A stretch of DNA of 64,000 nt from Candidatus Saccharimonadota bacterium (GTDB lineage Bacteria; Patescibacteriota; Saccharimonadia; Saccharimonadales; Saccharimonadaceae). How positions within the stretch are numbered: position 1 is the stretch's first letter; each line of letters begins with the position of its first letter. The notes beneath the pieces are model-generated. The model was not told the origin of the DNA. It worked only from the letters and a program-made list of their open reading frames with translations, and did no database searches. Made by a program: the position numbers and the translations under genes. Shown piece by piece: positions 35,983-44,570 of this stretch. The stretch spans positions 3,495 through 67,494 of the forward strand of contig JAFRCO010000005.1 in NCBI GenBank assembly GCA_017404325.1. Reading direction: 5' to 3'.

Positions 35983-37183
35983 ACTGGTCGCCGCGATCGT
36001 AAACATTATTAAACATATCAAAAGAAGCAGCAGCGGGTGACATAACGAGAATTGAGGGAGCGATTTTTTCAGCTTCTTTTTTCGCTGTTTCGACAGCTTC
36101 TTTAAATGATTCGGTAACAATAAAACGCTCATCTTCATATCTCTTTTGGAGCTCATGACCAGATTCACCCATTAAAACTATTTTCTGAATCTGAGGAGCT
36201 TTCAAAATCTCGTAAATCTCAGGGAGGTCTTCGTAACCAGTTTTATCACGTCCGCCAACGATAACAACAAGTTTATCGTTCGGGAAGGCGTTAATAGCGA
36301 CGCGAGTCGATGAAGGATTGGTCGAAAAATTATCATCGTAGTACTTTACGCTATTAAGTTCGCGAAGGTATTCAAGACGATGAGGGAGACCTTTAAAATT
36401 CTCGAGTCCCTGGATAATTACATCTTTATAATTATTTAAATATTCTTCCGGCGAGATGTTTTTATAGCTCGCAACGGCAGCGATTGCAGCTAAAGCATTC
36501 TCTTCATTATGACGACCCGGGAGTTTTATCGCGGCCCTAATTTCTTCAGGAACCGAAAAAGGATACGGGACTTTTTTCGCTTTTGAATTTTCAGCCATTT
36601 TAACCGCTTCGGAATTGTCTTTATAATAAACTAAATAATCATTTTCGGTTTGATATCTAGTAATGTTCGCCTTCGCATTCAAATAATCTTCATAGTTTTT
36701 GTGGATATTGAGATGGTCAGGTTCGAGCTGGCCGATAATAGCAACTTTCGGAGATTTCTTAAGATCCCAAAGTTGAAAACTAGACATCTCATAAACAACA
36801 ACCGATTTTTCATCAAGTTCATCGAGAATATCGATGGCCGGGAAACCGATGTTACCGACAAGATATACTTTTTCGTTTAAAGCATCTAAAAGAGCTTTGA
36901 TGAACGAACAAGTCGTACCTTTACCTTTAGTCGCCGTAACGCCGATAATCGGACAAGGACAATGATCAAAAAAATACTTAGTAAGACTAGATTCATTTTT
37001 TAGATTTAGGGGAGGAACAGACGGGGAACGAAGAATCATATCGTAAGATGAAAAATCTTTTTGTCTAATTTCTTCATAAGAAAAGTCTTCGAGAATGTCG
37101 ATGTCGAGGTTATCAAGGTGAGTTTTAAAATATTTTTCGGCAGATTTTCCTTCTTTACCGTAGCCTAATAATGCAATTTTCAT
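35954..37183 (-). CDS. murD: UDP-N-acetylmuramoyl-L-alanine--D-glutamate ligase
   Basis: GVTATKGKGTT, SSFQL, PDHLNIH, GRHNEENALAA, GLPHRLE, GGRDK, SPAAASFDMF..Y..RG..F. ATG at 37183 lies 6 nt after TGCTATAAT. Confidence 0.85.
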   Translation of the reverse strand: MKIALLGYGKEGKSAEKYFKTHLDNLDIDILEDFSYEEIRQKDFSSYDMILRSPSVPPLNLKNESSLTKYFFDHCPCPIIGVTATKGKGTTCSFIKALLDALNEKVYLVGNIGFPAIDILDELDEKSVVVYEMSSFQLWDLKKSPKVAIIGQLEPDHLNIHKNYEDYLNAKANITRYQTENDYLVYYKDNSEAVKMAENSKAKKVPYPFSVPEEIRAAIKLPGRHNEENALAAIAAVASYKNISPEEYLNNYKDVIIQGLENFKGLPHRLEYLRELNSVKYYDDNFSTNPSSTRVAINAFPNDKLVVIVGGRDKTGYEDLPEIYEILKAPQIQKIVLMGESGHELQKRYEDERFIVTESFKEAVETAKKEAEKIAPSILVMSPAAASFDMFNNVYDRGDQFKNLIASLS

Positions 37184-37189
37184 GAGAAT

Positions 37190-37198
37190 ATTATAGCA
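37190..37198 (-). promoter_or_regulatory. Extended -10 (TGCTATAAT) 6 nt upstream of the murD ATG (leaderless)
   Basis: Sequence match; it sits immediately after the terminator of the upstream gene. Confidence 0.6.
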
Positions 37199-37199
37199 T

Positions 37200-37230
37200 A
37201 AAAAAATCCCCCGGCCCGAAGGTCGGAGGC
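37200..37230 (-). terminator. Rho-independent terminator of the 37236-37964 gene
   Basis: Minus strand CCUCCGACC-UUCG-GGCCGGGGG followed by a U7 run. Confidence 0.7.
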
Positions 37231-37235
37231 AAAAC

Positions 37236-37964
37236 TTAGAATAGAGTATTGTCCATGACTTCATTGATTTTAGTCTTAATGGACGGGATATCCTGGATAT
37301 TTTTAAGAGCAATGGCAAGCGCTTCATATTCCGCTTCGGTATAAGCGTAGTAAACTTTCCAACCCTTAAAAATATAGTGTCTTATCACCTCATATTGGGT
37401 AGATGTGAGTTCGTTGTGCAAAATATCCGTAATCAAACTCAGCTCTTTACCGGTTGTAGGCTTAATTTTTTCGTAGAAAATATCGAAACAATTTTCCATA
37501 TAACCAGCCCAGTTGGGACCAGACCACTCGCCGTCTTCTGTCTTTACCGGCGGGGCGTCATTCACCATGGAAGCGATGAGGACGGATTCGTGGATACAAT
37601 CCTTACGGATATAACCACTTTCATCCAAAAGGTGGAAAATTTTCATTTCTTCTTCCGCTAATTTCTCTCGCGGTTCCTTGCGCCAACGGCTAAGAGCGTT
37701 ATCGCTCTTATTGTTGTCCAAAAACTTAGACATAATGTACTCTAAGTAGTTATACAGCACAACGCCGCCGGGGCCACACTGGATTTCCTTCTGATAGAGG
37801 CGAAAATCGTGAATCAATGCTCTGTTGACAAATCCTTTACCAGCTGCGGTTAGCAGACATTCGTGTTCAATCACATATTTGATGAACTCGAAATCTTCCG
37901 GATTAAAATCCTTAAAAATGTCAAACTCAGAGGCCTTCCTGCAATACAATTTTGTTGCATCCAT
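37236..37964 (-). CDS. Hypothetical protein (242 aa), monocistronic
   Basis: Consensus promoter (TTGACT-17-TATAAT), SD GGAG, own terminator. No motif recognised. Confidence 0.55.
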   Translation of the reverse strand: MDATKLYCRKASEFDIFKDFNPEDFEFIKYVIEHECLLTAAGKGFVNRALIHDFRLYQKEIQCGPGGVVLYNYLEYIMSKFLDNNKSDNALSRWRKEPREKLAEEEMKIFHLLDESGYIRKDCIHESVLIASMVNDAPPVKTEDGEWSGPNWAGYMENCFDIFYEKIKPTTGKELSLITDILHNELTSTQYEVIRHYIFKGWKVYYAYTEAEYEALAIALKNIQDIPSIKTKINEVMDNTLF

Positions 37965-38032
37965 TGTCCAACTCCTATTCTTTTTTTAAAAATGCTCGCT
38001 TTTTTATAAAAGCGCTAGATACATATTTTATG

Positions 38033-38061
38033 ATTATAGCACAAGTTTAATAAAAAGTCAA
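38033..38061 (-). promoter_or_regulatory. Near-consensus sigma-70 promoter TTGACT-17 nt-TATAAT (with TGC extension) for the 37236-37964 gene
   Basis: Read on the minus strand: TTGACTttttattaaacttgTGcTATAAT. Confidence 0.65.
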
Positions 38062-38064
38062 TAT

Positions 38065-39012
38065 TTATAGATCTTTAATGATGTTTCTCGCCTCAGGAAC
38101 AGAGTGGGTTTCCATTAATTTCGCACGCAGTTCTTTCGCCCCAGGAAAATTATTAATGTAAATCTTAAAGAAGTGTTTTAGGGGCTCGTACGACAGATAA
38201 TGTTTTTTAGATTGTTCTTCGTATAGATCTAGATGTAATCTTAAAAGCTCCATTAATTCCTCACGAGAAGGAGTATGGTCAGTGAAACAATAAGGGTTCT
38301 CGAAAACACCGCGGCCAATCATAAAGCCATCAATTTCGGGGCACTTTTTAGATAATTCAAGGGCGTGCTGTTTCGTTTTAATATCGCCATTAATAATCAG
38401 TTTCGTTTCGGGGCTGAGTTCATTTCGGAGTTGAATTATTTCGGGAATTAGTTCGAAATGGGCCGGAACCTTCGACATCTCTTTTTTGGTTCGAAGGTGA
38501 ATTGTTAAAGCAGCAGGATGCTCATTAAGGAGAGTCGGGAGCCAGGTTTTATATTCTTCAGTTTTAGCCCAACCAAGACGAGTTTTAATAGAGACGGGAA
38601 GATTAGTAGATTTTTTTGCATTCCGAAAACATTCAACAGCAAGTTCGGGGGTTTTAATCATCGCAGCGCCACCGCCAGCCTTGTTAACGTGCTTATCAGG
38701 GCAACCAAAATTGAGATCGACTCCGGAAAAACCCAACGATTCAAGAGCTTGACAAGTTGCCGAAAAATGTTCTGGATTTTTACCCCAAATCTGGGCAATA
38801 ATCGGAGCATCGGTCGGAGCAATTTCGAGTCGTTCCAAAGCATTCGCACGACCTTTTTCAGAAGCATAAGATGAAACATTAGTGAATTCCGTAAAAAATA
38901 GGTCCGGACGACCGGCGTGCGTAACGACTTGACGGAAAATAATATCCGTCACTCCTTCCATCGGAGCGAGAATTAAGAAAGGTTTCTCAAGTTGTTGCCA
39001 AATATTTTTCAT
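38065..39012 (-). CDS. dus: tRNA-dihydrouridine synthase
   Basis: LAPMEGVTD N-terminal motif, D.N.GCP, TIM-barrel Dus layout. Confidence 0.85.
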   Translation of the reverse strand: MKNIWQQLEKPFLILAPMEGVTDIIFRQVVTHAGRPDLFFTEFTNVSSYASEKGRANALERLEIAPTDAPIIAQIWGKNPEHFSATCQALESLGFSGVDLNFGCPDKHVNKAGGGAAMIKTPELAVECFRNAKKSTNLPVSIKTRLGWAKTEEYKTWLPTLLNEHPAALTIHLRTKKEMSKVPAHFELIPEIIQLRNELSPETKLIINGDIKTKQHALELSKKCPEIDGFMIGRGVFENPYCFTDHTPSREELMELLRLHLDLYEEQSKKHYLSYEPLKHFFKIYINNFPGAKELRAKLMETHSVPEARNIIKDL

Positions 39013-39101
39013 CTTTGATTATTTTAACATAATTATCTTAAATATGCAATTATTAACAGGGGCGAGAGAGCGACGTAATTGTTGTTTTCTATCCAGCGAT
39101 G

Positions 39102-39110
39102 TGCTATAAT
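39102..39110 (+). promoter_or_regulatory. Extended -10 (TGCTATAAT) for the 39160 gene
   Basis: Sequence match. Confidence 0.5.
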
Positions 39111-39159
39111 TAGCTTTCGTCGGACTTTCGATAATTTTAGCACTAGGAGGTGAGTACAT

Positions 39160-39612
39160 TTGAAAAACGACACTCAGGACAACGCTAATCTGTTGTGTAG
39201 GCCATTAATCAAGGATTGGGGGCTTTACTTCAAAAAAGAAGATGGAGTTCAAAATCGCCTTGATATAATGGAGGCTTTCATGGAATTTTGGGGCGACCAA
39301 AGACAAGACGTATTAATTGTCGAGGGGAAATGCCATTTAGGCGGAATGGTCTATGGACATAAAGAATTCCACGATGGAGACGGGATTTTAACCTCGCGTG
39401 TTATGACAATGTCACGTGAAAAGCGGAGAAGCAGGCGAAAAGCTTCTTGCGATCTAATCTTCGTTGTAACAGGGTCTGGCAGTGAATATTATATTTACGG
39501 CGATGACATCAATCCGTACATGGATAATCTGGTCAACGATATGTTCCAATATGGAAAGCTTAGCAATGAATCTGGTAGCTACATAAAAGAAAATGACCTA
39601 GGTCTTTTCTAG
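39160..39612 (+). CDS. Hypothetical protein (150 aa), monocistronic
   Basis: TGCTATAAT promoter at 39102-39110, SD AGGAGG 9 nt before the TTG start, terminator at 39630-39655. Confidence 0.5.
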   Translation: MKNDTQDNANLLCRPLIKDWGLYFKKEDGVQNRLDIMEAFMEFWGDQRQDVLIVEGKCHLGGMVYGHKEFHDGDGILTSRVMTMSREKRRSRRKASCDLIFVVTGSGSEYYIYGDDINPYMDNLVNDMFQYGKLSNESGSYIKENDLGLF

Positions 39613-39629
39613 GCAATCCGATTGTCGTC

Positions 39630-39655
39630 CCCCGACAGCTTGTCGGGGATTTTTT
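39630..39655 (+). terminator. Rho-independent terminator of the 39160 gene
   Basis: CCCCGACA-gct-TGTCGGGG followed by ATTTTTT. Confidence 0.75.
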
Positions 39656-39656
39656 G

Positions 39657-39665
39657 TGCTATAAT
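39657..39665 (+). promoter_or_regulatory. Extended -10 (TGCTATAAT) giving a ~135-nt 5' UTR for the 39806 gene
   Basis: Sequence match, directly after the preceding terminator. Confidence 0.5.
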
Positions 39666-39805
39666 TAAATTGCTCATGCTATACCTAGGTCACTGGCGTT
39701 GAGAAAAGTTTAAGGTTGTGGGTATCGTCATTTATATCCATAACTATGAGCCAATAAAATAGCGGCTCACATAGATGACTTCTATTAATTAATTTAGGAG
39801 TCTAT

Positions 39806-40057
39806 ATGAAAAACTTTAACAAAAATCAAAAAGAGCGTGTCGAAGTAATGGCACTTTTCGGTTACGAGATGACACCCTGCCAGCCTCTTTCTTTTAGGCG
39901 GCAAGGGGAAGAAGAAACCGAGGTGACGGAACTTCTCCGGACGCAAATTCGTTTTGCGGGGGGAGTCGCGTTACACATCTTCGACGTGCTCGTTGGTCGG
40001 GAAACCAAACGACTCGAGTTTAACTCGGGCAATCTTTCCTGGCATCTCACACAATAA
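39806..40057 (+). CDS. Hypothetical protein (83 aa), monocistronic
   Basis: SD AGGAG before the ATG, own promoter ~135 nt upstream, own terminator. Confidence 0.45.
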   Translation: MKNFNKNQKERVEVMALFGYEMTPCQPLSFRRQGEEETEVTELLRTQIRFAGGVALHIFDVLVGRETKRLEFNSGNLSWHLTQ

Positions 40058-40088
40058 AGTATGCCCCATAAAGGGGCTACTTTATTTT
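40056..40088 (+). terminator. Rho-independent terminator of the 39806 gene
   Basis: AAAGTA(T)GCCCC-ataaa-GGGGCTACTTT followed by ATTTT. Confidence 0.7.
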
Positions 40089-40111
40089 AAGCATTGACTT
40101 TTTAGAAAAGT

Positions 40112-40120
40112 GTGCTATAA
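40112..40120 (+). promoter_or_regulatory. Extended -10 (TGCTATAAT) for the 40168 gene
   Basis: Sequence match. Confidence 0.5.
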
Positions 40121-40167
40121 TTGGGATTCGTGACAAGAACTTTAGAGAAAGGTGGTGACAGTTTTCT

Positions 40168-40527
40168 ATGGCTATGTTAAATGCGGAAGAACTGCACGAA
40201 CTTACAGAATGGGTACGAAAGCATAATGGTGAAAATCATCTTATGAAATTTGCTCTCGAGATCCAAGATGGTATCCTACTTGGTATTCAAGTCCGCTTTT
40301 TCACTTTAAGAAGAGAAATTGCGAAGGAAACTGAGGATGAAATCTATTCAGCAATTACGATTTTGTCCCACCAAAGACTTTTCCCGGAAAGATCCGGCGC
40401 GTTGAAGAATGGCATTCTAAAAATAGATGCTTCTTATCTCAATCGGCGGTGTAGCTCAACAGACATTATTAGAGCTTTAATATTTATCCGCGATGACATG
40501 CGAAAGATTATCCAGAAGGGAAACTAA
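40168..40527 (+). CDS. Hypothetical protein (119 aa), monocistronic
   Basis: TGCTATAAT promoter at 40112-40120, SD GGTGGTG, terminator at 40534-40562. Confidence 0.5.
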   Translation: MAMLNAEELHELTEWVRKHNGENHLMKFALEIQDGILLGIQVRFFTLRREIAKETEDEIYSAITILSHQRLFPERSGALKNGILKIDASYLNRRCSSTDIIRALIFIRDDMRKIIQKGN

Positions 40528-40533
40528 CAGTCT

Positions 40534-40562
40534 TAAAACTCGTCTTTTATAGACGAGTTTTT
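40534..40562 (+). terminator. Rho-independent terminator of the 40168 gene
   Basis: AAAACTCGTC-ttttata-GACGAGTTTTTT. Confidence 0.75.
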
Positions 40563-40565
40563 TCG

Positions 40566-40574
40566 TGCTATAAT
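40566..40574 (+). promoter_or_regulatory. Extended -10 (TGCTATAAT) 6 nt upstream of the prfB ATG (leaderless)
   Basis: Sequence match; no SD. Confidence 0.6.
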
Positions 40575-40580
40575 TTTTTC

Positions 40581-41651
40581 ATGCAAGAATTACAGAAACG
40601 GCTAGGGTCGCTCCGAGAGGAGTTTTTGAAGGTTTACGAAAAACTGAAGATTTCTGATAAGGTTTTAAAAGTTAGTGAGCTTGAAAAAGAAGTCGCTGAG
40701 CCGGAAATTTGGCGAGACGTTGAGGTTGCGACAGCAAAAAATCAGGAATTATCGAAATTACAAGATGAAGTACAGCCTTGGGAGTTGTTAAAAACTCAGA
40801 TTAGCGATCTTGATGAATTAATATCGATTTCTGATGAAGACTTGTTAGAGGAAATTACTGGGCAAATAGAGGGGATGGAGGCACAATTTAACGAGCTAAA
40901 GAAGGCTCTCCGTTTCCAGGGCCCCTATGATGATAAAGATGCAATTGTTCGAATAACCTCTGGGGCTGGGGGAACTGAAGCGATGGATTGGGCGGGAATG
41001 TTGGAACGGATGTATCTAAGATTTTTCGAAAGCAAAGGGTTTAAAGCTAGTTGCCTGGAACGAGTAACTGGAGAAGAGGCCGGAATTAAAACGGCAGTTT
41101 ATGAAATATCTGGAACAAATGTTTATGGGCTTTTAAAATCGGAACATGGGGTGCATAGATTAGTTAGATTATCACCGTTTAATGCCAATAATTTGCGCCA
41201 GACTTCGTTCGCGTTAGTAGAGATTTTACCGGTAATTAAAGCTGATACTGAGGTTCAGATTGATGATAAGGATTTGCGCATCGATGTTTATCATTCGGGT
41301 GGACACGGCGGACAGTCAGTTAACACAACAAATTCAGCCGTCAGGATTACACATCTTCCGACAAATACGGTCGTCGCAATCCAAAACGAGCGTTCACAGC
41401 TACAGAATAAAGAAAAGGCAATGGAGATTTTGAGAGGTAAATTAGTCCAGATGCAGCTAGAACAGCATGCAGAAACGATTGGGGAACTTCGAGCGGGCGA
41501 ATCAGCTGGTTGGGGACAGCAAATAAGAAACTACGTTTTACAGCCTTATAAATTAGTAAAGGATACTAGAACGGGATACGAAGAAACCGATCCAGAGGCG
41601 GTTTTAGACGGAAAAATTGACGGTTTTATTGACACTTTTCTAGAATTCTAG
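40581..41651 (+). CDS. prfB: Peptide chain release factor 2 (single uninterrupted ORF, no programmed frameshift)
   Basis: SPF tripeptide (RLSPFNA) and GGQ motif (SGGHGGQSVN). ATG lies 6 nt after TGCTATAAT. Confidence 0.9.
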   Translation: MQELQKRLGSLREEFLKVYEKLKISDKVLKVSELEKEVAEPEIWRDVEVATAKNQELSKLQDEVQPWELLKTQISDLDELISISDEDLLEEITGQIEGMEAQFNELKKALRFQGPYDDKDAIVRITSGAGGTEAMDWAGMLERMYLRFFESKGFKASCLERVTGEEAGIKTAVYEISGTNVYGLLKSEHGVHRLVRLSPFNANNLRQTSFALVEILPVIKADTEVQIDDKDLRIDVYHSGGHGGQSVNTTNSAVRITHLPTNTVVAIQNERSQLQNKEKAMEILRGKLVQMQLEQHAETIGELRAGESAGWGQQIRNYVLQPYKLVKDTRTGYEETDPEAVLDGKIDGFIDTFLEF

Positions 41652-41662
41652 AAAAATAGGGG

Positions 41663-41691
41663 TTGGCAAGAGAAAAAATGTGTGATATAAT
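41663..41691 (+). promoter_or_regulatory. Promoter TTGGCA-17 nt-TATAAT (TG extension) of the ribosomal protein operon
   Basis: TTGGCAagagaaaaaatgtgTGaTATAAT read directly. Confidence 0.65.
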
Positions 41692-41697
41692 TACCTC

Positions 41698-41867
41698 GTT
41701 ATCTAGACATAAGGAGAGGTCCGTAAGGAAACCAGCCTAAAAGTCTAGTTTTAATAGTGCAATTTTGCTTAGTGTACAAAAGCAAAAATGCCTAGTTACG
41801 CCTTATAGGGGCGTTAAAGGGCTATCTTTTGATAGCAGAGGTATAAAAATTAAAGGAAAGGAATAGA
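41698..41867 (+). promoter_or_regulatory. Structured ~170-nt 5' leader of the rplC operon (four hairpins); candidate ribosomal-protein autoregulatory leader
   Basis: Hairpins: CTAGAC(41703)...GTCTAG(41748) with nested AGG/GGT...ACC/CCT; TTTTGCTT-N8-AAGCAAAA (41763-41787); ACGCC-N7-GGCGT (~41798-41814); GCTATC-TTTT-GATAGC (41821-41836). Confidence 0.45.
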
Positions 41868-42488
41868 ATGCAAGTCATTCTCGGCACCAAAATTGGTATG
41901 ACCCAGATTATCGGCGACGATGGCGTTGTGACCCCGGTTACAATTCTTCAAGCTGGGCCCGCCACAGTGACTCAGATTAAAACTGTCGAAACCGACGGTT
42001 ATAACGCTGTGCAAGTGGGTTATGGTCAGGGTAAGAATCTGAGCAAGTCGGTTACTGGCCACGTTAAAAAGGCTGGTGAAAATATAAATCCTAAGGTCTT
42101 AAAGGAATTCCGCGTTGAGGAAATTCCGGAAGGACTTAAAGTTGGCGACGTTATTACCGTTGAAGCGTTTAAGCTTGGTGATAAGGTCGAAGTAACTGGA
42201 ACCTCGAAAGGTAAAGGTTTTGCAGGTACAGTCAAACGACACAACTTCAACGAATCGAGAAATACCCACGGTTTCAAAGGTAATATCCGCCGTGTTGGTT
42301 CAATCGGTTCGATGTATCCACAAAAGGTCTTCAAAGGCAAGAAAATGCCAGGCCGCATGGGGCACGATAAAGTAACAGTAAAGAATTTAGTAGTAGCTTA
42401 CATTGATGCTGCGAATAATTTAATTGGACTTAAAGGCGCAGTTCCTGGCCCGAAAAAAGGCATTGTGTCAGTAGAGGGAAAGGAGTAA
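41868..42488 (+). CDS. rplC: 50S ribosomal protein L3
   Basis: ILGTKIGMTQI start and overall L3 pattern. First gene of the conserved-order cluster. Confidence 0.93.
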   Translation: MQVILGTKIGMTQIIGDDGVVTPVTILQAGPATVTQIKTVETDGYNAVQVGYGQGKNLSKSVTGHVKKAGENINPKVLKEFRVEEIPEGLKVGDVITVEAFKLGDKVEVTGTSKGKGFAGTVKRHNFNESRNTHGFKGNIRRVGSIGSMYPQKVFKGKKMPGRMGHDKVTVKNLVVAYIDAANNLIGLKGAVPGPKKGIVSVEGKE

Positions 42489-42489
42489 T

Positions 42490-43086
42490 ATGGCGCTTAA
42501 TAAAGATGTATTTGGCTTAAAAGTAGAAAACCATGAACTCGTCAAATTAGCTTATGATGCATATCTTGCTAATTCCCGTTCTTCACACGCTAAAACTTTG
42601 AAGCGAGGCGAGGTTCGTGGTGGCGGTAAGAAACCATGGAGACAAAAAGGTACTGGTCGGGCACGTTTCGGATCGACTCGTAACCCGATTTGGCGACATG
42701 GTGGCGTCGCGTTCGGACGAACTGGAAATGAAAACTTTACGAAGAAATTAACTAAGAGTTCGAAACAACTCGCAGTTAGACAAGCTCTTTCGATGAAGAA
42801 TGCCGAAAAAGCAGTTTTCGTCTTAGAGCCGACCGTAAAACTAAAAGGTAAGACTAAAGACGCAGTGAAAGTCTTAAAAGACATGAAGCTCGAAGGAAAG
42901 AATGTTCTCGCTGTAGCGGCGGAAAAGACTCCGGAAGTTTTGCGTTCGACCAACAACTTACCGAATGTAAAGTTAGTGCGTGCAACTTATCTAAACGTTT
43001 TCGATATTATGAACGCAGACGCAATCGTATTTAGCGATGCAGCTGTAAAAGCAACCGAAAAATGGTTATTAGGAGAGGAGAAGTAA
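42490..43086 (+). CDS. rplD: 50S ribosomal protein L4
   Basis: GGGKKPWRQKGTGRAR motif; gene order. Confidence 0.93.
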   Translation: MALNKDVFGLKVENHELVKLAYDAYLANSRSSHAKTLKRGEVRGGGKKPWRQKGTGRARFGSTRNPIWRHGGVAFGRTGNENFTKKLTKSSKQLAVRQALSMKNAEKAVFVLEPTVKLKGKTKDAVKVLKDMKLEGKNVLAVAAEKTPEVLRSTNNLPNVKLVRATYLNVFDIMNADAIVFSDAAVKATEKWLLGEEK

Positions 43087-43087
43087 G

Positions 43088-43441
43088 ATGGTAAAGAACG
43101 ACAAGACTAACATCCAATTACACTTACTTGAACCTCGTGCAACCGAGAAAAGTTATTTGGAACAAACTAACCGAATTTACGTTTTCCCAGTTAAAAAATC
43201 AGCTTCGAAGCAAGCAATTGCAAAAATGGTTGAAGATGAATTCAAGGTTACAGTAACTGATGTCAGAGTTTTAACCAGAAAAGGTAAGAAAACCAAATTC
43301 AGTAAAGGCAAGCACGCTTATCCTGGCACAACTTATCGCCAAGATAAGAAATTTGCATATGTTAAATTAAAACAAGGTGATTCGATTAGGGTATTCGATG
43401 AGCCAGAGCCAGCAAAGTCAGCTAAGAAGGGAGACAAGTAA
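43088..43441 (+). CDS. rplW: 50S ribosomal protein L23
   Basis: Position between rplD and rplB; L23-like core (PR.TEKS ... F.V...A.K..I). Confidence 0.85.
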   Translation: MVKNDKTNIQLHLLEPRATEKSYLEQTNRIYVFPVKKSASKQAIAKMVEDEFKVTVTDVRVLTRKGKKTKFSKGKHAYPGTTYRQDKKFAYVKLKQGDSIRVFDEPEPAKSAKKGDK

Positions 43442-44277
43442 TGGCTATTAAAGCATATCGCCCGATTACGCCGGCACAACGTCAAAAGACGACCGAAGAT
43501 TACGATCAGATTACGACGAAGAAGCCGTTAAAATCGTTAACAAAGGCGAAGAAACAACAGGCCGGTAAAAATAACCAAGGCCGAATCACGGTTAGACACC
43601 GTGGTGGTGGTGTAAAAAGACACTATCGTATCATGACCTATAATTTACCGAAAGATTCGACATTTACAGTCGAAGAAATCGAATACGATCCAAATCGTAG
43701 CGCAAGAATCGCGCGTGTCAAAGACCAAAATGGTACATATTATTATGTACTCGCGGATACCAAGATGGCTAAAGGTTCGACTTTCAAGACCGGTAAGGAA
43801 ATTGAAGTTGAAGATTCTTCGAGAATGCCTTTAGAGAATATCCCAGTTGGTACTTTTGTTTACGCTGTTGAATTAACTCCGGGTAAAGGTGCACAAATGG
43901 TACGTGCAGCTGGCGCCTCGGCACAGTTAATGGCAAAAGAAGATGGCTATGCAACTTTAAAGATGCCTTCTGGCGAAGTTCGCAAGGTACTTTTAGGTTG
44001 TGAAGCTTCAATTGGTACAGTTTCGAACTTGCAACATCAAAACGTAAAAGTCGGTGCGGCTGGACGACGTCGTCGTAAAGGCATTCGCCCGACGGTACGT
44101 GGTGTTGTAATGAACGCGACTGATCACCCTCATGGTGGTGGTGACGGCGGTCGTCACGGTTCGGGTAAAGCGCCAAGAACTCCTTGGGGTCAATTAACCT
44201 TAGGTTATCGTACTCGTCATAATAAGAAAACTAATAAAATGATCGTGCGTAGTCGTCACGAAGGAAAGAGGAAATAA
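43441..44277 (+). CDS. rplB: 50S ribosomal protein L2
   Basis: [19 protein letters not shown] motifs. Confidence 0.95.
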   Translation: MAIKAYRPITPAQRQKTTEDYDQITTKKPLKSLTKAKKQQAGKNNQGRITVRHRGGGVKRHYRIMTYNLPKDSTFTVEEIEYDPNRSARIARVKDQNGTYYYVLADTKMAKGSTFKTGKEIEVEDSSRMPLENIPVGTFVYAVELTPGKGAQMVRAAGASAQLMAKEDGYATLKMPSGEVRKVLLGCEASIGTVSNLQHQNVKVGAAGRRRRKGIRPTVRGVVMNATDHPHGGGDGGRHGSGKAPRTPWGQLTLGYRTRHNKKTNKMIVRSRHEGKRK

Positions 44278-44570
44278 TGTCTAGGAGTCTTAAAAAAGGT
44301 CCGTTTGTAGACTATAAACTCGCTAAGAAAGTTACCGCACTTTCTTCTGAAGATCGTACGGTGATTAAAACTTGGGCGAGACAATCAACTATTTCTCCTG
44401 AGATGGTCGGTCGAACGATTGCCGTTCATAACGGTAAAGTTCACGTTCCGATTTATATTTCGGAAAACATGGTTGGTCACAAGTTAGGTGAATTTGCACC
44501 AACTCGTAAATTCCGCCGTCATGGTGGTAAGAAAGCAGCTGAAGCAGCTGCAGCGAAAGGAGCTAACTAA
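44277..44570 (+). CDS. rpsS: 30S ribosomal protein S19
   Basis: [33 protein letters not shown]. Confidence 0.95.
   Translation: MSRSLKKGPFVDYKLAKKVTALSSEDRTVIKTWARQSTISPEMVGRTIAVHNGKVHVPIYISENMVGHKLGEFAPTRKFRRHGGKKAAEAAAAKGAN

Noticed and set aside
35954-37327. Long N-terminally extended versions of murD (to 37327), tdk (to 12632), typA (from 17930), cysteine desulfurase (from 26001), dCMP deaminase (to 13829) and the 17287 and 15579 ORFs
   Set aside because: The extensions have no homology-like features and run through promoters or terminators. Conserved N-termini begin at internal ATGs that sit at the canonical distance from a TGnTATAAT box or an SD.
40581-40700. Programmed +1 frameshift site (CUU UGA C) expected in prfB
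   Set aside because: RF2 is encoded as one continuous ORF with a normal N-terminus and no early in-frame TGA. This is a known minority arrangement and not a novelty.
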